Positions 57,586-64,000 of a stretch of 64,000 nt of DNA are shown here, piece after piece (the stretch's first letter is position 1; each line of letters opens with the position of its first letter). The DNA is taken from NCBI GenBank assembly GCA_047285805.1, contig JBJBCN010000002.1, forward strand, positions 416,001 to 480,000, given 5' to 3'. This DNA is from Synechococcus sp. GTDB lineage: Bacteria; Cyanobacteriota; Cyanobacteriia; PCC-6307; Cyanobiaceae. Under the pieces are notes generated by a model. The model saw nothing but the letters and a program-made list of their open reading frames with translations. It made no database searches and was not told where the DNA came from. The position numbers and the translations under genes were made by a program.

Positions 57586-58131
57586 ATGGGGATCCAAACA
57601 GCACTGGATGCTCTCGGTGACTGGCTTGTCCAAACCGATATCGGCTTGGGCCTGCTGCTTCTCGTGGGACTTTCCATGTCCCTTTCCCATATTTTCACCC
57701 TTCTGGCCAATCGTCTTAATCGCCGTCAAATCATCATCCATCTGATCCTCGATGGTTTGATGCTTTCGGTTGCTTTTCTCTTAAGCAGCACCATCGATAT
57801 GGTGCTGCTCGCCACCAGTGCCACCGCGACGATTCACCCCAGTGATTTCATTAATGGGGTTGCTGTTTGTTTGCTACCGGCAGTCTTTTATCTGTTGGTG
57901 GCTGCCCCCTATGTCGGTGAGACCATCGGCTTCGGGATCTGGGTGCTGATGCATCTCAACGTGATCACCTTGTTGCATGTCCGCTTCGCGCTGCCTTACG
58001 GCGAGGCCCTGCTTCTGGCGACCCCTGGTTATGTCGTGGCTATTTTCTTGGTCTGGTTGCTCTTTCGCCAGGGTTGGCAGGCGGGCTACAGCACCTTGGC
58101 CTCCCATCTCTCCGATGCCTACGGGTCTTGA
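57586..58131 (+). CDS. Hypothetical membrane protein
   Basis: About 5 TM helices; tightly linked to the next gene. Confidence 0.7.
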   Translation: MGIQTALDALGDWLVQTDIGLGLLLLVGLSMSLSHIFTLLANRLNRRQIIIHLILDGLMLSVAFLLSSTIDMVLLATSATATIHPSDFINGVAVCLLPAVFYLLVAAPYVGETIGFGIWVLMHLNVITLLHVRFALPYGEALLLATPGYVVAIFLVWLLFRQGWQAGYSTLASHLSDAYGS

Positions 58132-58134
58132 TTG

Positions 58135-59265
58135 ATGCAGAAACGCTCCCAGGTCAGTCCTAGTCATCCAAGGGCTGCTGACGCTGCCATCCAGGTGCAG
58201 CAACATGGCCTTCGCTCCCGCTTTGGCTTCGTCGTTTTATTCCTGGCGATCGGGCTGGGGGTGAGTTGGTTGGGTTTAGGCCATGTGCTCTTGGCCCTAC
58301 GTTCCATCTTCGACTGGACCGATATCAACCTGTTGTTGCGTTGGTCTGGCCTGTTGCTTTTGGTATTAGTCCCGACGGCTGGGATCTACTCATTAGTGAC
58401 GCAATTTGCGTTTTGGGAGGGCTGGTTAGATGGGCTCCCGGAGCCCACGGCCCTCTTCCCCGATTCCCCGCCCACGAGCGAACACCGCTGTTTTGTGGTC
58501 TATCTCGATGGGATCCATCAATTGGAGCGGGATCACCCGCCCAGGGTCTCGGCCTTTCTTGGATTGCTGGATCAGCAACTCAATCCAGTAATGCGACTGG
58601 TAAAAGGTTTAGAGGCTTACACCGTTCTCCCCGTCGCCCTCGAGCAGGACATCGGTAGTGCCTGGTTCTGGCGCAGCTTGTTTGCACTTCAGGAGGAACA
58701 CCCCAACGGTTGGATCCAGCTGCTCGCCGCTGTTTTGGTTCAGGCGAACAACGTGATCAAGGTCGGGATCTCATCGGACCACCGCTACGGGCCGATCATG
58801 AACTATGAGCTCTCGCTGAAGATTGCCTTGCGCTTGGGCGAGGTCGGGTTTCGGCCGGATCAAGGGCAGAGGGTTGTGCTTGTGGGTTACAGCGGGGGCG
58901 CCGAGATGGCGATGGGTGTGGCGGATTACCTGCGCCGCATCTGCAGGGCCCCGGTGAGCATCGTGAGCTTCTGCGGTGTCTTTAGCGGCAACCAACTGCT
59001 GAAAGAGCTCTCGAAGATCACGATGATCATTGGCAGCCGTGATCCGGTGGCGGCCTTTGGTCGCATTGCCTATCCGGGGCGATCGCCGTTGCTTCCTCTC
59101 TCCAACTGGAATCGAGCCCTCAAGCACTCCTGCATCGAACGCCGCGAAATCAAAGGGATGAACCACAACGGTCTGCAGGGTCCCTTCGCCGAGCTCCATC
59201 GCGAGGCCGTTGTCGACCAGATCGTCCAGGCAATTGAGTCAGAGGACGCGGGCGCTCTGGGTTAG
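58135..59265 (+). CDS. Membrane-anchored alpha/beta-hydrolase-like protein
   Basis: Two N-terminal TM helices, VYLDGI, GYSGG nucleophile elbow, GSRDPV, late His. Confidence 0.7.
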   Translation: MQKRSQVSPSHPRAADAAIQVQQHGLRSRFGFVVLFLAIGLGVSWLGLGHVLLALRSIFDWTDINLLLRWSGLLLLVLVPTAGIYSLVTQFAFWEGWLDGLPEPTALFPDSPPTSEHRCFVVYLDGIHQLERDHPPRVSAFLGLLDQQLNPVMRLVKGLEAYTVLPVALEQDIGSAWFWRSLFALQEEHPNGWIQLLAAVLVQANNVIKVGISSDHRYGPIMNYELSLKIALRLGEVGFRPDQGQRVVLVGYSGGAEMAMGVADYLRRICRAPVSIVSFCGVFSGNQLLKELSKITMIIGSRDPVAAFGRIAYPGRSPLLPLSNWNRALKHSCIERREIKGMNHNGLQGPFAELHREAVVDQIVQAIESEDAGALG

Positions 59266-60621
59266 CCGGAACGGACTGCTCTCGGGTTGGCATGCCTGAA
59301 GCCGTCGCTTAGCGTCCTTGCTGGCTTCGCCAAAACAGAAGCCATCGTGCGGCAAGTCCATGACCGCTTGGCGGTAGCGCTCTAGAGTCCTCGGCTCCGC
59401 CTGCACCGTGTTGGCCCGACGCAGCAGCCGCTCGCGCCAGATGCCGCCAAGCAGGCAGGGGAAGAGATCGCAGCGGCCCTCGAGGGCCTTTTGCAAGAGC
59501 GCTGAACTGTCGATGCAGAACCCCAACGCGCCATAGCCCCCCAGCCAGAGGCCATCGGCGTCGCTTTCCTGGTTGTTGATCAGCGCCACCAGATCGCAGA
59601 GATCCATCAACTCAAGGAGACGTTCCCCCTCATACGCCTCCCCCAGGTAGCGGATAGTTCCATTGCGGCGGTCGTTCTGCCAAGGACGTTGCAGGTCGTT
59701 CAGCGCTTCCCAACCGCAGAGGCCCTCCGTGCCTTGGTAGTACTGCAGCCGCAGGAGTTCCGCTCCCTTGTGCCATTCCAGCTCGAGGCAGCTGTGGGGC
59801 AGGAGGCTTTGAATCTCCCCGCCATTCTCCCCAAGCAGACCCGTACGGATCGGAAGAGCCAGGGGGATCTGACTCCAGTTCGGATCTGAAGGCTCCGGTC
59901 CGGGGAGGCTGGCACCGAGCCCGAAGCTGGCCACGCTGGCCCGCAACTGAGCCCGCAAGCTCCAGCCGCTGTCCTGCAGGTGGGCGAACCAGGCGCGGCA
60001 GCTGCTGGCTCCATCGATCCGCCAGGGCTCGCCGCCCAGTCCGTTCGCCGAGAGGCGATTCAGGACACGGGCGGCCAGGGCGTTGCGTTGCCGTTCCCCT
60101 GGGGATTGCTCATGGCAGAGCCCGACGTTGTGCCAGATCAGCCCACCGCTCATGGGGCCGGCTTCGGCATTCAGGGCTGGTTCCGGGTCGGCTGGGGCGG
60201 GATCGAGCCGCAGGAGCCCCTCCAAGTGGGTGGGGAGCGAGCCGTCTGCCGTCCCCCGCCGCCAACGTCCGATCGCTCCGTCCCCCTCCGGCAAGAGGTG
60301 GGGCAGGGCATCGGCCACGGCAGCGAGCAGGGCCGGAGTTAACAGTTCATGTTCGACGAGCCCGCCCAGGGATTGCAGCCGCTGGGGTAGGTCCGCCGGC
60401 TCCAGCTTCCATCCCTTGGGTAGGAGCCAGAGAAGCGGCAGCAATTGGGGTTTGTGCAGCTGTTGGGCCAAGCGTTTGAGCCAATCCGCTCGGGTTAAGC
60501 CCGCGCGAAAAATGCTCTGCTCGAGGGCCTCCTCAAAGGCGAGCAGTGGAACGGAGCAGGACCAGTTCGGATCCAGCTTCAGCGGATCGGCATGGGACAA
60601 GCGGGGAGAGACTCCAGCCAT
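59239..60621 (-). CDS. Hypothetical protein
   Basis: About 460-aa ORF with host-like codon usage, co-oriented with prlC; no recognised family. Confidence 0.65.
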   Translation of the reverse strand: MAGVSPRLSHADPLKLDPNWSCSVPLLAFEEALEQSIFRAGLTRADWLKRLAQQLHKPQLLPLLWLLPKGWKLEPADLPQRLQSLGGLVEHELLTPALLAAVADALPHLLPEGDGAIGRWRRGTADGSLPTHLEGLLRLDPAPADPEPALNAEAGPMSGGLIWHNVGLCHEQSPGERQRNALAARVLNRLSANGLGGEPWRIDGASSCRAWFAHLQDSGWSLRAQLRASVASFGLGASLPGPEPSDPNWSQIPLALPIRTGLLGENGGEIQSLLPHSCLELEWHKGAELLRLQYYQGTEGLCGWEALNDLQRPWQNDRRNGTIRYLGEAYEGERLLELMDLCDLVALINNQESDADGLWLGGYGALGFCIDSSALLQKALEGRCDLFPCLLGGIWRERLLRRANTVQAEPRTLERYRQAVMDLPHDGFCFGEASKDAKRRLQACQPESSPFRLTQSARVL

Positions 60622-60659
60622 GTCACGCCCCATCTCTCCCCATCCTGGAGGTGTTGGCC

Positions 60660-62786
60660 TTATGCGGCCACCAGGCCGGAGTGGCGAATCAGGGCCTCAC
60701 TGCTGGGTTGACGACCTCGGAAGGCTTCGAAGACCTGCTTGGGATCCAGGCTTCCCCCGAGGCTGAGCACCGTGTTGCGGAAGCGACGGCCGGTTTCACG
60801 GATCTGCTCTTCGTTATCGAGCCCCACCTCTTCAAAGGCGCCGTAGGCATCGGCACTGAGCACCTCGGCCCACTTGTAGGAGTAGTAGCCGGCGGCGTAG
60901 CCCCCCGCAAAGATGTGCCCGAAGGAGCAGAGGAAGGCGTCCTCCTCGATGGGGGCCAACACCGTGGTGTCCGCGGCGATCTCACGGCGCAGCGCCTCCG
61001 GCGTGAGGCCGGCATCGGCTCTCCACTGGCTGTGCAAGCGCAGATCCACCAGGGCAAAGTGCACCTGCCGCAGGGTTGCGGATCCCCCCATGAAGGTGCG
61101 GGCCGCCAGCAACTTGGCGAATTCGCTCTCCGGTAGGGGTGCGCCGGTCTCCCAGTGGCGGGCCATCCCCATCAAGGTGGCGCGGTCGTAGCACCAGTTC
61201 TCCATGAACTGGCTGGGCAGCTCAACGGCATCCCACTCGACCCCATTGATGCCGGCGGCCTGGGGGTGCTCGACGCTGGTCAGCATGTGCTGGAGGCCGT
61301 GCCCGAACTCGTGGAATAGGGTCTCGACCTCGTCGAAGGTCATCAGGCTCGGGGTCTCACCGACCGGTGCACTCTGGTTGCAGATCAAGTAGGCCACCGG
61401 GAGGACCGCGCTGCCGTCCTCGCGCTTGGCGCGCACGAGGCACTCATCCATCCAGGCTCCACCGCGCTTGCTGCCCGGCCGGCTGTAGGGATCCAGGTAG
61501 AACCCGGCGATCGGTGTGTTCTGCTCGAGGATGCGGAAGAAGCGCACATCTGGATGCCAGATCGGTGCCTCGCCATCGGCGGCCTCGATACGGATCCCGA
61601 ACAGCCGCTCGCTCAGGTCAAACAGACCGTTGAGCACCTGGGGTAGGGGGAACCAGGGGCGCAGGGCTTCGCTGTCGAGCTCGAAGCTTTCCTGGCGCAG
61701 GATCTCCCCCCAATAGCTGATGTCCCAGGGCTGTAGATCGTCCGCTTCCGCGGCCCCGTGGGCCTTGGCACAGCCCGCGAGGGTCGCCATCTCCCGTTGG
61801 GCAATCGGGTAGGCGGCGCTGCGTAGTTCCTCCAGCAGGGCTTCCACGGCCTGATCCGAATCGGCCATCTTGGACGCGATGCTGAGCTCGGCCCAGTTGG
61901 CAAAGCCGAGGCGCTCAGCCTGCTGCCGGCGCAGGGTCAGGATCTCTTCGATCAATGGCCAGTTGTTGAGATCGCTCCCGTCCTGTCCGGATGCGCGACT
62001 GATATAGGCCTTGTAAACCTGCTCCCGCAGGTCCCGCCTGCGGCTGTATTTCATGAAGGACACAAAGCGCGGCATGTCTAGGCCCAGCAGCCAGGGGCCC
62101 GTTTCTGCGCTTGCCGTCCGATCGCCAGCCTGGCGAGCAGCTTGGGCCAGCTGATCCAGCAGGCTCGCGGGCAATCCCTCCACGTCGTCAGCAAGCGTCA
62201 GGCGCAGGGTCCAGTTGTTGGTGGCATCCAGCACGTGGTTGCCAAAGCGTGTCGAGAGCTCCGCCAAGTTCTGACTGGCTGCGTTGAAAGCTTCTTTGTA
62301 AGCGCCGCTTAGGCCAACGCCCCGCAACTGCATGTCCCGCAGCTCGGCATCGAGGATCCGCTGTTGCGTCCCGTCCAGCTTGGAGTGTTGTTCCTTCAGT
62401 TGCTGGAGGGCGCGGTAGATGACCTGGCTTTGACCCGCACGGTTGCCGAATTGAACGACAGCCGCCTGCTGGCTGGCATGGGCATCGCGGAGCTCCGGGC
62501 TGTTGCAGACCCCGTTGAGGTGACTAACGACGCCCCAACTCCAGCGCAAGCTTTCACCCAGTCGCTGCAGTGGATCGATCACCGCGTTCCAGTTCAGAGT
62601 CTCACCCTGCTCCAGCTTCTGGCTGAGGGAGGCCTCGAGGGATCCCAGCTCAGCCTCGAGGGATTCCATTAGGCCTGGGATGTGGTCGCGGACCGCTTTC
62701 GGAGTGATCGCATCAAATTGCGGCAGCCCTTCTCCACGAAGAATTTCCGGCTTAGCGGTGGCGATGGCGGAGCGGCTGTCGGTCAT
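60660..62786 (-). CDS. prlC: Oligopeptidase A (M3 metallopeptidase)
   Basis: KRGGAWM, FHEFGHGLQH, WDAVELPSQ, HIFAGGYAAGYYSYKWAE. Confidence 0.95.
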   Translation of the reverse strand: MTDSRSAIATAKPEILRGEGLPQFDAITPKAVRDHIPGLMESLEAELGSLEASLSQKLEQGETLNWNAVIDPLQRLGESLRWSWGVVSHLNGVCNSPELRDAHASQQAAVVQFGNRAGQSQVIYRALQQLKEQHSKLDGTQQRILDAELRDMQLRGVGLSGAYKEAFNAASQNLAELSTRFGNHVLDATNNWTLRLTLADDVEGLPASLLDQLAQAARQAGDRTASAETGPWLLGLDMPRFVSFMKYSRRRDLREQVYKAYISRASGQDGSDLNNWPLIEEILTLRRQQAERLGFANWAELSIASKMADSDQAVEALLEELRSAAYPIAQREMATLAGCAKAHGAAEADDLQPWDISYWGEILRQESFELDSEALRPWFPLPQVLNGLFDLSERLFGIRIEAADGEAPIWHPDVRFFRILEQNTPIAGFYLDPYSRPGSKRGGAWMDECLVRAKREDGSAVLPVAYLICNQSAPVGETPSLMTFDEVETLFHEFGHGLQHMLTSVEHPQAAGINGVEWDAVELPSQFMENWCYDRATLMGMARHWETGAPLPESEFAKLLAARTFMGGSATLRQVHFALVDLRLHSQWRADAGLTPEALRREIAADTTVLAPIEEDAFLCSFGHIFAGGYAAGYYSYKWAEVLSADAYGAFEEVGLDNEEQIRETGRRFRNTVLSLGGSLDPKQVFEAFRGRQPSSEALIRHSGLVAA

Positions 62787-62839
62787 CGATGAGGCAATAA
62801 ATTGCCCCATTTCAGCCCAGGTGAAGGGTCCTCGGGGGA

Positions 62840-64000
62840 TCAGCCGAGGGCGGGTAGCCGAAGCGCAACGACAGCGTGTTGGGCGAGGTCGTTGGAGAGG
62901 GCGGTGGTGGTCGCCTCGTAGAGATCAATGGCGACATGGGGCCAGAAGCCAATCACCAGTGTGGGCACCAGCAGGGTGAGGCCAATCAGGAGCTCCCGGG
63001 GCTCCATATCACCGAGGACCGCAAGGGCGGGGATTCGTGGGCCAAAGAAGACCCGGCGGCAGAGGCTCAGCAAGTAGATCGGAGTCAGCACCACTCCGAT
63101 GGCGGCCAGGACCACGGCAATCACCCGGAAGCCAACGGTGAAACCGTTATTGCTGGTCACGCCCAGGAACACGGTGATTTCACTGACAAAACCGCTCATG
63201 CCCGGCAGCGCCAGGGAGGCCAGAGAGCTGGCCACAAAGAAGGCGAAGGTGATCGGCAGGACCTTGGCCAAGCCCCCCATGTTCGGGATCGAGAGGGTCT
63301 TGGTGCGCTCGTAGAAGACCCCAGTGACAAAGAACATCGCCGCGGCGATCAACCCGTGGCTAATCATCTGCAGCATGGCGCCACTCATTCCGAGGCTGTC
63401 GATTGCTCCGATGCCCAACAGGACAAAGCCCATGTGGCTTACTGAGCTGCAGGCGATCCGGCGTTTGACGTTGTCCTGGGCGAAGGCATTTAGTGCTCCG
63501 TAGACGATGTTGACGATGCCCAAAACGATCAGCGCGGGTGCCAGTTGTAGGTGCGCCTCAGGGAGCATCTGCACGTTGAAGCGCAGTAGGGCGTAGCCGC
63601 CCATCTTCAGGAGCACCCCGGCCAACAACATCGAGACCGGTGCGTTTGCTTCACCGTGGGCATCAGGCAGCCAGGTGTGGAGCGGGAACATAGGCAGCTT
63701 CACTCCGAAGCCCACCAGGAAGCCCAGATAACAGAGCAGGCCAAATAAGCCGCCGGGGGAGCGGGCGATGAGTTCGCTGAGGTTGAGCGTGAAAGTGCCG
63801 TTGAGGGCCAGGGCCAGGCCGCTGAGCAGGATCAGCAGCGAGGCCGTGGCGGTATAAAGGATGAACTTGGTCGCAGCGTACTGACGCTGTTGGCCGCCCC
63901 AGATAGCAATCAACAGATAGACAGGGACTAGCTCCAGCTCCCAGGCCAAGAAGAACAGTAGGAAATCCTGCGAGAGAAACACCAGGGCCTGGGCCGAGGC
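62840..64000 (-). CDS. ndhD: NAD(P)H-quinone oxidoreductase subunit 4 (NdhD/NuoM); 5' part outside the window
   Basis: [47 protein letters not shown]. Confidence 0.94.
   Translation of the reverse strand, partial: ASAQALVFLSQDFLLFFLAWELELVPVYLLIAIWGGQQRQYAATKFILYTATASLLILLSGLALALNGTFTLNLSELIARSPGGLFGLLCYLGFLVGFGVKLPMFPLHTWLPDAHGEANAPVSMLLAGVLLKMGGYALLRFNVQMLPEAHLQLAPALIVLGIVNIVYGALNAFAQDNVKRRIACSSVSHMGFVLLGIGAIDSLGMSGAMLQMISHGLIAAAMFFVTGVFYERTKTLSIPNMGGLAKVLPITFAFFVASSLASLALPGMSGFVSEITVFLGVTSNNGFTVGFRVIAVVLAAIGVVLTPIYLLSLCRRVFFGPRIPALAVLGDMEPRELLIGLTLLVPTLVIGFWPHVAIDLYEATTTALSNDLAQHAVVALRLPALG

Noticed and set aside
1..64000. CRISPR arrays, tRNA/rRNA genes, integrases, HIP1 enrichment
   Set aside because: None recognised by eye. 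GCGATCGC occurs only sporadically. tRNAscan-SE, Infernal and a CRISPR finder would be needed to exclude them formally.

Overview
High-GC picocyanobacterial (Synechococcus/Cyanobium-like) chromosome segment. The core genes are priA (partial), sigA, hemC, a ClC channel, ppa, an M32 carboxypeptidase, clpB, petJ, hemE, glgB, a TamB-like gene, proA, folB, oligopeptidase A and ndhD (partial). A roughly 19 kb AT-rich island (about 12160-31133) sits between ppa plus a decayed LOG-family gene and the M32 carboxypeptidase. It encodes what looks like a complete RiPP biosynthetic system. The precursor is a 69-aa Nif11-type double-glycine peptide with the predicted Cys-free core STVEWAGVGVAAGAAGA. It is followed by an intrinsic terminator and a coupled ycaO1-tfuA1-GT4-ycaO2-tfuA2 operon, i.e. 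two putative backbone-thioamidation pairs. The island also carries a Coq4-like protein, an APH-type kinase and a dedicated NHLM-type type I exporter (HlyD, C39-peptidase ABC, second ABC, TolC). I am not aware of a characterised cyanobacterial Nif11-leader thioamide RiPP with this architecture, but that is recall, not a search result. All family calls rest on motif recognition by eye. No rRNA, tRNA, CRISPR array or integrase was recognised.
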